NCBI GenBank assembly: GCA_030649055.1
Contig: JAUSGH010000007.1
Location: 1,854 to 65,853 of the forward strand
Source: a bacterium
GTDB taxonomy: Bacteria; Patescibacteriota; Minisyncoccia; UBA6257; JAUSGH01
Direction of reading: 5' to 3'
Length of the DNA: 64,000 nt
Part shown: positions 1 to 9,256 of the stretch, piece after piece
Numbering within the stretch: position 1 is the first letter of the stretch
How the letters are laid out: each line of letters starts with the position of its first letter
Made by a program: the position numbers and the translations under genes
Notes under the pieces: model-generated
Databases searched by the model: none
What the model was told of the DNA's origin: nothing
What the model saw: the letters and a program-made list of their open reading frames with translations, nothing else

Positions 1-545
1 CCTGAGTTCGGAATGTTGCAGAAACCCGTCACAATACCCGAAATGGTTGAACCGCCGCCGACAAGCAAGTTTGTGGTGCTTGCGGTGCCAACAACCGTCA
101 CGTTGCCCTCCGTATTGATGTTACCCGTTAATCCCGTCACTGTTGCCATGCCGCCAACCGTAAGCGCGCTGGCTTGAGTGAGCGAGACACCGGTGGTGGA
201 TGCGTAGACAAGAGACGTAAGACCGGTAGCAGTCAGCGTTCCCTGTGTCGCAATGTTACCCGTTGATCCTGTCACAGTGGCCATTCCGCCGATCATCAAA
301 GTTCCGGCGTAAGCAAGCGACTGGCTCGTTGACGATGCGTAAACCATCGTCGTGAGACCGGTGACCGAGAGCGTGCTGCTCAACGTTGCGGCGCCTGTAA
401 CCGTAAGCGAACCGCCCGTAGTAATGTCCGTGCTGATAGTCGTCGCGCCAAACACTGCGCCGACGGTTAGCATCACCGACAGACCAACTGATGTCGCGAT
501 CGCAGCAATCTGCTGCTTGCGACTTATAACTCTACTCTTCTCCAT
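1..545 (-). CDS. Partial CDS (C-terminal part beyond window start): Thr/Gly/Ser/Val-rich tandem-repeat putative secreted or surface protein with N-terminal hydrophobic signal/anchor
   Basis: Reverse-complement frame opens with ATG at 545 and has no stop through position 1. The N-terminus MEKSRVISRKQQIAAIATSVGLSVMLTVGAVFGA is signal-peptide-like. About 45-aa periodic repeats (L.VGGMATVTG.TGNI.T.G..T) are also visible as ~135-bp DNA repeats (121-175 vs 255-310). Confidence 0.5.
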   Translation of the reverse strand, partial: MEKSRVISRKQQIAAIATSVGLSVMLTVGAVFGATTISTDITTGGSLTVTGAATLSSTLSVTGLTTMVYASSTSQSLAYAGTLMIGGMATVTGSTGNIATQGTLTATGLTSLVYASTTGVSLTQASALTVGGMATVTGLTGNINTEGNVTVVGTASTTNLLVGGGSTISGIVTGFCNIPNS

Positions 546-620
546 AGAGATTTTTTTAATTAATTTTAATTTATAAAGCGACCTAATGTTGAACTCACCT
601 CAAAAGTACCTCCCTCGACC

Positions 621-703
621 AGAACCTATCTCAAAAATATCTCCAGTCGCGATACGAGCAAATCGCGACGAACGCGGCTTGGAGATATTTTGAGATAGGT
701 TCT
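621..703. repeat. Long imperfect palindrome (~24-bp arms AGAACCTATCTCAAAAATATCTCCA / TGGAGATATTTTGAGATAGGTTCT) enclosing an inner 8-bp inverted repeat; cruciform/hairpin in an intergenic region
   Basis: Read directly: arms at 621-645 and 680-703 are reverse complements with a one-base bulge. The loop contains GTCGCGAT...ATCGCGAC. Confidence 0.6.
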
Positions 704-819
704 AAATACTTCTGAGATGGATTCTTTGCATGCGCAGAATACGCACGCAATTCTCCTTATTTTTTTAGTATAGCAGACCAAATCACGGAGCAACTGTGGA
801 TAACTATAAAAGGTTTCGT

Positions 820-860
820 AATCAAAAATCAGCCCCACAATGCGGGGCTGATTTTTGATT
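820..860 (-). terminator. Rho-independent terminator-like hairpin downstream of the ligase-TPR gene
   Basis: Perfect 16-bp stem ATCAAAAATCAGCCCC / GGGGCTGATTTTTGAT (821-836 / 844-859) with a 7-nt loop, 40 bp past the stop of the minus-strand gene ending at 900. U-rich stretch follows on the minus strand. Confidence 0.5.
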
Positions 861-899
861 CTTGCTTCTCTGCTTTCTTGCTTTTATGCTTCGTTTATT

Positions 900-3203
900 C
901 TAAAACTCCACCGCCTCCCCTCTCCGAAGTTTTGCGATGATGTCATTCCCCGCTTGCGCGAAGTCCGGCTGCTTTGCGATGATCGTTTCAAGTTCACGAA
1001 TCGCGTCAGCATTCCGCCCAAGCGTATGATACGTTGACGCGAGCTGAAGCCGATGACCAATATCGTCCGGGTTAACAATGATAAATGCTTTAAGCGTACC
1101 GGCGATGCGCGCCTGATTACCGGTTACTCTATACACTCGAAGCAGAAGTTCATCGGCAACATCAACTGTTCCAAGATGTTCCTTGAGCAACGCATCAACA
1201 ATGTCCTGATCGCCGTTTAATATATGCACCGCGGCAAGATTCATTCCGACCGCGCCGAAGTTTTTCGTTTTCTGATAAATAAACTCCATCGTCTCAACGG
1301 CTTTTGCTGTATTTCCCATCTGCAAATACGCGTCCGCGAGCTCAAAATACACCTGATGCTTCATCGGGGCGAGCTTCAACGCGGCGTCAAACGCCTCTAA
1401 CGCCTTGTCATACATGCCGACTTTGGAAAGAATAATCGCGAGGAAAAGCCGCGATCGTGGATCTGACGGATTCTCTGTCACCACTCGATCGGCGAGCTCA
1501 ATCGCCTGCCGCAACATTTGCGAACGAAACTCCGGAGTGAGGGAAGGTGCTACGCCTGCCGCGAGTGCAAAACGCGAATATTGCTCGGCAATTTCCATCC
1601 TCCCCAACGCCGCATCATAGGAAAGCGCGTTATTATATTCATCATACGCGCCCTGGATGTCTTGCGCGCTCTGCAGCTTCAATGCATTAAGGAGGTGCAA
1701 ATTCACAAGTAGCGGCCGGATGTTTAACGCGTACAGCGTAAGCGTGAATCCCACGACAAGAATCGCGGAAACCATTCCAATGGCTTCAATACTCGCGCTT
1801 GCTCGTTGCGCCACTAAAGGAGCGCCAGCCGTTCGCCGCTCGTCAAAACTTTCAGCATGCGCGAATGCTGTGCTTTGGATAAACGCGAGTAAAGCGAAAA
1901 ACACGGTGTAGGTCGCGATATTGTCAAACACAAAAAAGTTCTGCAGGACGTACGCGAAAAGAAGCCCAGAAATCACAATGCCTGCATGAAGTTCTCGCGA
2001 TGCTTCATATTCTATCGCGGTTGTATGCTGCTTGTCCGCCGCTTCACGCGCAAGCGCGAAGTTTTTCCATAACATCCCGACGCCGGTCACGAACATCGCG
2101 AAATACGAGATAAGTCCAAGAATACCCGCGTTGATCAGCCAATCAAAAACAATATTGTGCGAGCGGTCAAACCACGGCTCCTGCTGCCAAAGTTCCGTCT
2201 TATAGTATTTTGAGAATACAACGAGATAATTTTCCGGCCCCCAGCCCAACAATGGATGTTCCTTAAAACCTTCCCAGCTCATGTTCCAAATAGTGAAACG
2301 CGACGTAATCGTCCGCTCCCTGAAGGACATTGACGTGAGGCGTATCAACACGTCGCTTCCGCGCACGAAAGATGTATTCCTCGCCATCCAAAGTCCCGCG
2401 GGAACGATGATGAGCAACGCGAGAGCGGAAAAAATAGCGCGCCTCATGCGTTTTGAAACGGTGATATCCGTTCGCATAAAGATAAGGAAAAGTCCGCCAG
2501 CGAAAATGCTACCGAGAAGCAAAGCAAGTGTCGGGCCACGGCTTGCGGTAAAGTAGATGATGAGCAACGTGAAAAACGTCGCGGCAAGCAGGTAGTATCT
2601 CGTCCATTTGTTACGCGCGTATATCCAAAGCAACAGCGCGAACGCGACAACAAACATCAAATATGCGGCAAGATATGTCGGATTACCGATGGTTCCGTCG
2701 GTGCGGAATCCGCCCTGCGGAGAAATCAAATATCCGAGTTTTTGGAATAACGCGTACACGCCCTGCAGAAGTCCGGCAACAAGCGAACAGTGCAAGAACA
2801 CCATCCAATCTTTGCGCCGGAGTATATGCGAAAGCACAACGAAATACATTGCGAGATGAAGATAAGCAATCGCTCCTTCCATGCGCTCAAAGTTAGACCA
2901 AAAACTCCGCGTTGGGTTCTCGCCGAACACGGTCGCGAGAAGCACAACAACGACCCAGAGAAGCACGCTCCACATAAGTGGCGTCATGCGCGGCCGGTAT
3001 TTCGGATTAAATATCGCGAGCCAAATCCACGCAAAAAATGCAACTTCCACGAGCGCGCGGAATACAAACGCTTTTCCCGTGATGTACGGGAAAAACATAT
3101 TTTGGGCGATGAGGAGCGGAACAAAGGGAACGACGAATAAGGCTATCTTCGTAATCCAGAGCAAAACACGTTCAGTGGTTGATTGCATAATATTCAAAGA
3201 CAT
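900..3203 (-). CDS. O-antigen ligase-like (Wzy_C family) polytopic membrane protein fused to C-terminal TPR repeats
   Basis: 767 aa. N-terminal ~420 aa has about 10-12 hydrophobic helices with the Wzy_C/O-antigen-ligase-like pattern. C-terminal ~330 aa is tetratricopeptide-like (repeating A..Y...G....A motifs). Confidence 0.6.
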   Translation of the reverse strand: MSLNIMQSTTERVLLWITKIALFVVPFVPLLIAQNMFFPYITGKAFVFRALVEVAFFAWIWLAIFNPKYRPRMTPLMWSVLLWVVVVLLATVFGENPTRSFWSNFERMEGAIAYLHLAMYFVVLSHILRRKDWMVFLHCSLVAGLLQGVYALFQKLGYLISPQGGFRTDGTIGNPTYLAAYLMFVVAFALLLWIYARNKWTRYYLLAATFFTLLIIYFTASRGPTLALLLGSIFAGGLFLIFMRTDITVSKRMRRAIFSALALLIIVPAGLWMARNTSFVRGSDVLIRLTSMSFRERTITSRFTIWNMSWEGFKEHPLLGWGPENYLVVFSKYYKTELWQQEPWFDRSHNIVFDWLINAGILGLISYFAMFVTGVGMLWKNFALAREAADKQHTTAIEYEASRELHAGIVISGLLFAYVLQNFFVFDNIATYTVFFALLAFIQSTAFAHAESFDERRTAGAPLVAQRASASIEAIGMVSAILVVGFTLTLYALNIRPLLVNLHLLNALKLQSAQDIQGAYDEYNNALSYDAALGRMEIAEQYSRFALAAGVAPSLTPEFRSQMLRQAIELADRVVTENPSDPRSRLFLAIILSKVGMYDKALEAFDAALKLAPMKHQVYFELADAYLQMGNTAKAVETMEFIYQKTKNFGAVGMNLAAVHILNGDQDIVDALLKEHLGTVDVADELLLRVYRVTGNQARIAGTLKAFIIVNPDDIGHRLQLASTYHTLGRNADAIRELETIIAKQPDFAQAGNDIIAKLRRGEAVEF

Positions 3204-3239
3204 AGGACTTATAGGTCCTATAAGACTTATAAGTCCTAT
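3203..3239. promoter_or_regulatory. Near-palindromic tandem motif TAGGACTTATAGGTCCTAT / AAGACTTATAAGTCCTAT directly upstream of the ligase-TPR gene start; second copy at 59506-59540
   Basis: Read directly. Contains a TATAAG -10-like hexamer in minus-strand orientation ~25 nt upstream of the ATG at 3203. The 14-bp perfect palindrome GGACTTATAAGTCC recurs at 59515-59528 in the same position relative to another minus-strand gene start. Confidence 0.3.
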
Positions 3240-3244
3240 GTGTT

Positions 3245-3979
3245 CTATTTGTCAATAACTTCCGGTCCGTCGTACTCAACTTCATCATCGGTGAGCCGCC
3301 GGTACGGCTTCTCCCGCTCCAACTCCTCACCGACATGCGCGATGAGTCCCGGAAGGCGGGCAAGCACAAACACGCCGTTCCCCATGCGCGCCTGAATACC
3401 GAGCTCGGAAAGCAATACGGCAAACGCACCGTCAATGTTTAACGGAAGCAACTTGCCGGACTTCTTATTGAGCTCTTGGCCAAGCTCACCTGCCAGCGCC
3501 GCATATTTTCCCAAAAGCCCCAATGCTTTAGCGCGCTCAAATAATGCAGTAGTACGGGGGTCCGCGTCTTTATACACCTTATGCCCATAACCCGGCAATC
3601 GCTCGCCCTTAGCGGATAATTCGGCAACGATGGTTGCCGCATTCTTTCCGGATTGCAACAATTCGGCAAGCGCTTCAATAGCTCCGCCGTGATGTTTTCC
3701 AATCGTGAGAATCCCAGCCGCGAGCGCGGCGGTAAACGAAGCACCGGTGGATGCGGTGGTGCGCGCAACAAACGTTGAGGGCGCCTCAACGCCGTGCTCA
3801 GAGGCGGCAACAAGCATCGCGCCCAAAAGTTCCGCCTGTGGTTTCTCCGGCATTTTCCCCGTAAGCAACAAAAATATAATTTCCGGAAACGTCTTTGTGG
3901 CAATAAGCTCCGTCAGCTTGTAGCCGCGGATGTAGAGCTCGCCGTTCTTGTGAACGCTGATTGAAGTTTTCCATTTCAT
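3245..3979 (-). CDS. Small citrate-synthase-family protein (citryl-CoA lyase-like, ~27 kDa)
   Basis: 244 aa with the citrate synthase active-site region motif GYGHKVYK (compare GFGHRVY). Lacks the large N-terminal domain of true citrate synthases. Size matches citryl-CoA lyase / the ATP-citrate-lyase C-terminal module. Confidence 0.55.
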   Translation of the reverse strand: MKWKTSISVHKNGELYIRGYKLTELIATKTFPEIIFLLLTGKMPEKPQAELLGAMLVAASEHGVEAPSTFVARTTASTGASFTAALAAGILTIGKHHGGAIEALAELLQSGKNAATIVAELSAKGERLPGYGHKVYKDADPRTTALFERAKALGLLGKYAALAGELGQELNKKSGKLLPLNIDGAFAVLLSELGIQARMGNGVFVLARLPGLIAHVGEELEREKPYRRLTDDEVEYDGPEVIDK

Positions 3980-4035
3980 GGCATTTATTCAAGTATAGAG
4001 TATTGAGTATTAAGAAGACAGTATACACGCAGGGA

Positions 4036-4422
4036 CTAACTGTTATCGCGAGAACTTTTGACTAACCCAGTGATGAGTTTGTGGACGATAACGGTTTGCT
4101 GAGCAATGCTGCTAAAATCAAATTTGGAAATATATCCGACGTCGCGCGCTACAAGAAGCTGATTCTGAACTTCAGTGAGAGAACCTTGCGCCATGTCATA
4201 AAAACGGTTCTTTTCTATTCGACTCCGCCGAGAAAAACCCTCCGCGATGTTTGACGAAACCGAAACTGCTGCGCGCCGTAGCTGATTACTCAAACCAAAA
4301 AGTTCTTCCTTCGGAAAACTTTTCGTAAGACGGTAGACGATTACTACAAGCTCATGGGCCTTACGCCACGCCACCAAATCGGTGAATGACTGAATTTTCT
4401 CTTGAGATTTTTGCGATTCCAT
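4036..4422 (-). CDS. Four-helix-bundle protein (23S rRNA intervening-sequence-type protein family)
   Basis: 128 aa. Pattern W.KA..L.V.VY.....FPKEE.FGL..QLRRAA.S...NIAEG is characteristic of the TIGR02436-type four-helix bundle proteins. Confidence 0.6.
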   Translation of the reverse strand: MESQKSQEKIQSFTDLVAWRKAHELVVIVYRLTKSFPKEELFGLSNQLRRAAVSVSSNIAEGFSRRSRIEKNRFYDMAQGSLTEVQNQLLVARDVGYISKFDFSSIAQQTVIVHKLITGLVKSSRDNS

Positions 4423-4437
4423 ACTGTCTTCTCAATA

Positions 4438-5358
4438 CTATATACTCAATACCTTCTTAATGAGTCCCGGCACCTCATCCAAAATATCCGCCACCATGAC
4501 TCCCGCCGCACGAAGCGCCTTTACTTTTGACGCGTAACTCCCGCGGCCTTTGGAAACAATCGCGCCCGCGTGGCCGAGCACGGTTCCTTGCGGCAGGGTT
4601 TCCGTAAACTTTCCGGCGACAAGCGCGACAACAGGCTTCGTAAACTTTTTTTTGCGAATGAATTCGGCCGCAAGTTCTTCATAAGTTCCGCCAACCTCGC
4701 CGAAAAGCACCACCGCTTTGGTCTCCGGATCTTTTTCAAAAAGCTCCAACAGGTCGGCAAAGTCCGAACCGATAATCGCATCTCCTCCGATTCCGATGAC
4801 AGTGCTTTGTCCTAATTTTTCGCGCGAAAGCGTTGAAGAAATCTCCGCCGTCATTCCCCCGCTTTTTGAAATAACGCCGATATGGCCGGGCGTGAATACG
4901 TTTTTAATTTCGCCGCTTCCGATGCTTCCAATTTTCCCGAGTCCGGGTGAAATAATGCCGACCGACGACGGGCCGACGACGCGCACGCCGACACGACGCG
5001 CCGCCGCAACAATGTATGCCGCATCTTGTGCCGTCACATGCTCGGTCAGAATATCAATAAGCGGAATACCCGCGTCAATGGCTTCCAACGCGGCGTCTTT
5101 TACAAACGCAGCCGGCACCGTGATGAGCGAGGTGTTGATTTCGGGATGTTGTTGAAGCGCCTCAAACACGGCGTTATACACCGGAATTCCCTCCACGCTT
5201 TGCCCGCCCTTGCCCGGCGTTACTCCGGCAACAACCGCCGTGCCATAAGCCAGCATCTCCTTGCACGCGCGCGAACCCTCGTTGCCGGTTATTCCTTGTA
5301 CAAGCACACTCGTTTTTTTATCAATAAGTATTGCCATAGTTATTTTTTTCATTGTCAT
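4438..5358 (-). CDS. sucD: Succinyl-CoA synthetase alpha-subunit family protein (CoA-binding; could be citryl-CoA synthetase small subunit)
   Basis: 306 aa. Near-colinear with SucD: ILIDKKT.V.VQGITG, GVTPGKGG, SKSGGMT, GIGGD, and the phosphohistidine loop GHAGAIV. Confidence 0.85.
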   Translation of the reverse strand: MTMKKITMAILIDKKTSVLVQGITGNEGSRACKEMLAYGTAVVAGVTPGKGGQSVEGIPVYNAVFEALQQHPEINTSLITVPAAFVKDAALEAIDAGIPLIDILTEHVTAQDAAYIVAAARRVGVRVVGPSSVGIISPGLGKIGSIGSGEIKNVFTPGHIGVISKSGGMTAEISSTLSREKLGQSTVIGIGGDAIIGSDFADLLELFEKDPETKAVVLFGEVGGTYEELAAEFIRKKKFTKPVVALVAGKFTETLPQGTVLGHAGAIVSKGRGSYASKVKALRAAGVMVADILDEVPGLIKKVLSI

Positions 5359-5470
5359 CCTGAGTTCGCCAGCAGGCCGGTTGATTGATTATAAATAATA
5401 TATCCGAAGAGGTGCCCGCGGCCGACGAAGGATCTCTCGGAGATTCTTCGGCTCATCGCCTCAGAATGAC
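5354..5470. repeat. Palindromic repeat element, family B (GTCATYCTGAG ... GAAGGATCTC-GAGATTCTTCG ... TCAGAATGAC)
   Basis: Read directly. Terminal inverted repeats GTCATCCTGAG / CTCAGAATGAC. Internal palindrome GAAGGATCTCTCGGAGATTCTTCG. Related copies at 34274-34342 and 60624-60687. Confidence 0.6.
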
Positions 5471-5484
5471 ACTGTAGTCTTACT

Positions 5485-6594
5485 TTATTGTTTCGATGCT
5501 TTATTGCTTCGATACGCCAATGCTACGACGCGCTTCGCGCTCTCCGCCATTGATGTTTTTCCGTCAAACACAGTGAACCGATATCCTTCTTTTTTTGCGA
5601 CTTCTCGCAACATCCGGAACGCTTGCTGCCCCCGCGGACCGTCACGACGGATAACAATCGGAAATGTCGGCTTCGGTTTCACTTCGCGCAGCCCCTCAAT
5701 AAACCCAACCATGGTTTCGTAAATATCGGTGAAATTCGCCGTACCGCCGATGACCCACAGCCCCTTCAAGCCGTGGCGCGCGAGCACACGCTTTGTTAAA
5801 TCACGCACCACTTCCTTCGGCGGATTTCCGGAATATTCGGTATAGTTCGCCGGCCATCCGTTATATTTCAAGAGCGCGTCAATGTTTAAAAGCGACGCTC
5901 CGCCTCCCGAAGCCAAAATCGCGATGTCCCCATCCATATCAATAAACCTGCGTTCACCGGGTTTTATTTTTTCGTCATCCAAAACAACCTTCGCGTCCGC
6001 CGCAACAAACTTTCCGTCTGGGGTCTTCATCAGCGGATTAATTTCGGCAAGCAAGGCATATTCGCCGAAGAAACAATTCCATAAACTTTTGACAATCGGC
6101 ACGAGGCCGCCGACATCGGCAAACGGGATGCCGGCGCGGAGCAACGCGCTACGGATAAAAAATGGGTGCAATCCTCCGATGACGTCAACCGGAAACACCT
6201 CCGCTTTCTTTGTGCCTGTGCCGCCGGAAACGGTTGCGGCCAAAACCGGCGCGCGATGATCTGTGGAGTAACTGAAACTTATATAATATTCCGCCACTGC
6301 CGCAATTTTTTGCTCAACCAACACTTTTTTCACGCGCTCACCGCGCAGCGTTTTGGAGAGTAAATCGGCGACTGCCGTTTTTGCCGCGCGCTCATCATCG
6401 GCAAAAAGAATTCCGCCACTGCGCGCGCGATCGCCAAAAGTAACCTGCGCCTTCACCGCGTATGGGCCGGAAAACTTCGGCCCGACACCAGGACGGGAAA
6501 CAAGCATGCCCTCCGGCACCAAAATTCCATACTTTTTGAATAACTTTTTTCCTTCGTGTTCGAATAAATTCATAAGGTATTCCTTCGATTTCAC
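5485..6594 (-). CDS. sucC: Succinyl-CoA synthetase beta-subunit family ATP-grasp protein (could be citryl-CoA synthetase large subunit)
   Basis: 369 aa. N-terminal ATP-grasp (NL.E.EGK.LF..YGI.VP...) and C-terminal CoA-ligase domain (DGDIAILASGGGASLLNIDAL) as in SucC. Confidence 0.8.
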   Translation of the reverse strand: MKSKEYLMNLFEHEGKKLFKKYGILVPEGMLVSRPGVGPKFSGPYAVKAQVTFGDRARSGGILFADDERAAKTAVADLLSKTLRGERVKKVLVEQKIAAVAEYYISFSYSTDHRAPVLAATVSGGTGTKKAEVFPVDVIGGLHPFFIRSALLRAGIPFADVGGLVPIVKSLWNCFFGEYALLAEINPLMKTPDGKFVAADAKVVLDDEKIKPGERRFIDMDGDIAILASGGGASLLNIDALLKYNGWPANYTEYSGNPPKEVVRDLTKRVLARHGLKGLWVIGGTANFTDIYETMVGFIEGLREVKPKPTFPIVIRRDGPRGQQAFRMLREVAKKEGYRFTVFDGKTSMAESAKRVVALAYRSNKASKQ

Positions 6595-6641
6595 TCAGGA
6601 AATATTATTCGCTGAGTTTGTCGAAGCGATACATGCACGTT

Positions 6642-8123
6642 TTACACAATCGTCCGCATAATCATGCGTAGCGTGTGATACGGACCGGTCGCGAACCGCC
6701 GGCCGATAAAAATGATTCCGGCAATGTATGCAAGCGCCGGAACGCCAAGCAACGCAATGAAGAGCGGCGCGCTCAACTTCGCGCCATACATATATAACGG
6801 CGCGGCAGCGAGCATAGTCATCAGTGTTGCGCCGAAGATGACCGCGATCGGAATCTTCACGTCGGCAAACCGCAGCCCTAAATAGCGGAAAGACCAGTAA
6901 CTCGCGATAAGCGCCAAGGCGAAACCGTTGATAAGCATAGCAACCGCCGCTCCGTAAATACTGAAGTACCGCGTGAGCACCAAAAGCAGCGGCGCGGAAA
7001 TGAAAAATTGCGCGACCGACATTTTGAACCGCACATCAGGAAATCCCGCGCCGTCAAGCAATGGATACGTAATCACCGCGAATCCTTCAAACGTGAGCGC
7101 AACAACGAGCACCTTCATCGCCGCAACCATACCCAGCCACTTCGCTCCCAAAAGAATCTGCGCGAGCGGTTCACCAAAAAGTAAAATAATCACGAGAAAC
7201 GGAATCATCGTGAGGAGCGCGATATCAAAACTCCGCAAAAATCCTTCGCGCAGTTTTTGCATGTCCCCTTGAATGCGCGCGTATGCCGGAAATCCGACTT
7301 TCGTCACGATCGTAAAAAGCGCCGAGGACGGCAATGAAGCGATGCTGTTCGCGCGAGAATACAATCCCAAATTCGCCGGACCGGAAAAACGGCCGACAAT
7401 AGACGATTCAACAAGATAATTGATTTGCCCCAAGGCATTTTGCGCCATGACCCACCCGCCGTACGAACTCAAGTCCCGCAAGCGCCCGAATTGGAAAGAA
7501 AACTTTGGCCGGTGCGGATGCCCCGCGTATTGCACTACAACCCCCGCAATGTACTGCGCGACGTAACCAAAAAAAAGCGCGGCGGCAGTTGGATGCAGAA
7601 ACGCGAAAGGTATCGCCGTCGCCGTAAACGCAAGCTGACCGGCAATGTCGCGCATAAACAGCGTCCGGAAATTCATCTCCTTAAAAAAGAACATGTTGCC
7701 GAGGTTGCTCAAGGACTGGATGACCGTAAGAATTCCGCCGTAACGCAACAGCGCAAGCGCGGTCGGATCAGTGATGTGAAAAAATATCGCGACAAACGGA
7801 GCGGCGAGATAAATAAGGACGGCGATGCCGATAGCTCTCAAAAAATTAAACGTCCAGTACACGTCAAGATAGGCACGAATATCTCCCTGCCGCTGGATGA
7901 TCGCGTTTTCAAACCCCGGCATTGAAGCGGTGTTCAAAATGCCGACGAACATCAGAATGATGGTGATGATACCGTAGTCATCGGGCGCAAGCGTCCGCGC
8001 CAAAACAAAAAAAGTCCCGAAGCCGACGATCTTCTGGGCAACGAGTCCCAACCCCGACCACTTCCCTCCTTGTATTGCTTTATGAAGCGTCCCTTCGGTT
8101 GATTCCATTGAGATAGATATCAA
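6642..8123 (-). CDS. wzx: Wzx-type oligosaccharide flippase (MOP/polysaccharide biosynthesis protein family)
   Basis: 493 aa, ~12-14 TM helices. N-terminal K..I.GG.WSGLG....K..GF.T..VLAR.L.P.DYG pattern is typical of Wzx/RfbX. Confidence 0.7.
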   Translation of the reverse strand: MISISMESTEGTLHKAIQGGKWSGLGLVAQKIVGFGTFFVLARTLAPDDYGIITIILMFVGILNTASMPGFENAIIQRQGDIRAYLDVYWTFNFLRAIGIAVLIYLAAPFVAIFFHITDPTALALLRYGGILTVIQSLSNLGNMFFFKEMNFRTLFMRDIAGQLAFTATAIPFAFLHPTAAALFFGYVAQYIAGVVVQYAGHPHRPKFSFQFGRLRDLSSYGGWVMAQNALGQINYLVESSIVGRFSGPANLGLYSRANSIASLPSSALFTIVTKVGFPAYARIQGDMQKLREGFLRSFDIALLTMIPFLVIILLFGEPLAQILLGAKWLGMVAAMKVLVVALTFEGFAVITYPLLDGAGFPDVRFKMSVAQFFISAPLLLVLTRYFSIYGAAVAMLINGFALALIASYWSFRYLGLRFADVKIPIAVIFGATLMTMLAAAPLYMYGAKLSAPLFIALLGVPALAYIAGIIFIGRRFATGPYHTLRMIMRTIV

Positions 8124-8242
8124 TATAACCGATTTTTCACTCTAATGGTAACCATCCGGCCGTTTGACTAAAAAACTAAAAAGATTTAGTATATCGCTAG
8201 TACCGAAACAGATTTGCTAGAACCTTTTGAAAGGGTAGGCCT

Positions 8243-9199
8243 ATGTCTTGGCAGGTACCGGTGGTGCTGCGGCTCGTGGTCGCATACGTCATCGCGCAGC
8301 CGCTCATCAAGAAACTCACAAAGGAGAACGATGAGTCCCGGACGCAGAAGTTCCTGTTGCAATTCCTCGTCTGTCTGCTGCTTGCGTCCGCATTCGCCAT
8401 CTGGAGCGGCGACTGCAACTTCGACAGAAACGCCCGCGTCCTCTTCGCCGTCGGCATCGCAAATGCCTTCGGCGCGTTCTGTCAGTGGAAGTCCATCGGA
8501 TACTCGCTCTCCAAGAACGCGCTCTTCACGGTGTGGGATGACATCATCGCGATGACACTCTGTTTCACGGTGCTCCACGAAGGTAAATTCCTAAACCCGT
8601 GGATCATCGCGGGAATCGTCACGAGCTTCATCGCGATCGTCTGCTTCTTCCGGCATGGATGGCGGAAAATGCAGAAAGCGGAGACATCGGGAAGCGCAGA
8701 AAGCAACTCGTCAACTCCTCCGGCCTTCTACGCATGCGTCGCCGGCTACAGCATCATCTGGGGAGTAGCGGTGTTCCTTATGCGCAAGTTCGCGGTGGAG
8801 GGCGTGTCACTTGGAACGTTCCTCGTCGGTTGGTACGGCGGTGCGGCAACAGGGGCTATGCTCATCTTCCTCGCGGGAGTGGAGCTGAACCCCAAATGCA
8901 CGCAGCCGCTCACAAAAAAGAGCATCCAATGGACGTGTGTGCTCTCCGTCTCCATCATCGCATCACTACTGCTCCAATACTGGTCGCTGAGGAAGGCGCC
9001 GCTCGTCATCGTACAGCCGATCTTCCTTACCGGGGAAATGATCATCCCGGCGCTCATCGGCCTCTACTTCTTCAAGGAAAAGAAAGATCTGGACAAGGCC
9101 GAACGCTGGTACTTCGCAATCGGCATCACCGGCGGCATACTGCTCTTTGCGCACGACGCGCTGCAGCAACTTGCAACGCGGCTCATCGCCTGGTTCTAG
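8243..9199 (+). CDS. Polytopic membrane protein, DMT/EamA-like transporter candidate
   Basis: 318 aa, ~10 predicted TM helices arranged as two similar halves. No decisive motif. Confidence 0.35.
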   Translation: MSWQVPVVLRLVVAYVIAQPLIKKLTKENDESRTQKFLLQFLVCLLLASAFAIWSGDCNFDRNARVLFAVGIANAFGAFCQWKSIGYSLSKNALFTVWDDIIAMTLCFTVLHEGKFLNPWIIAGIVTSFIAIVCFFRHGWRKMQKAETSGSAESNSSTPPAFYACVAGYSIIWGVAVFLMRKFAVEGVSLGTFLVGWYGGAATGAMLIFLAGVELNPKCTQPLTKKSIQWTCVLSVSIIASLLLQYWSLRKAPLVIVQPIFLTGEMIIPALIGLYFFKEKKDLDKAERWYFAIGITGGILLFAHDALQQLATRLIAWF

Positions 9200-9207
9200 G
9201 CGACCGA

Positions 9208-9252
9208 TGACCGGCCCCAGAGAGTTTCTCTCTGCGGGCCGGTTTCATTTTT
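9208..9252. terminator. GC-rich hairpin plus T-run between convergent genes (bidirectional terminator candidate)
   Basis: GACCGGCCCCAGAGAG-TTTC-TCTCTGCGGGCCGGT followed by TTCATTTTT, between the + gene ending at 9199 and the - gene ending at 9257. Confidence 0.5.
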
Positions 9253-9256
9253 GATT

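Noticed and set aside
352-838. Small ORFs 352..576(+) and 626..838(-)
   Set aside because: The first is antisense to the repeat-protein gene. The second spans the intergenic palindrome/terminator region and has no coding signal.
8186-8578. 130-aa minus-strand ORF overlapping the 8243..9199 membrane protein gene
   Set aside because: Acidic/Arg-rich junk translation. The plus-strand ORF encodes a coherent 10-TM protein.
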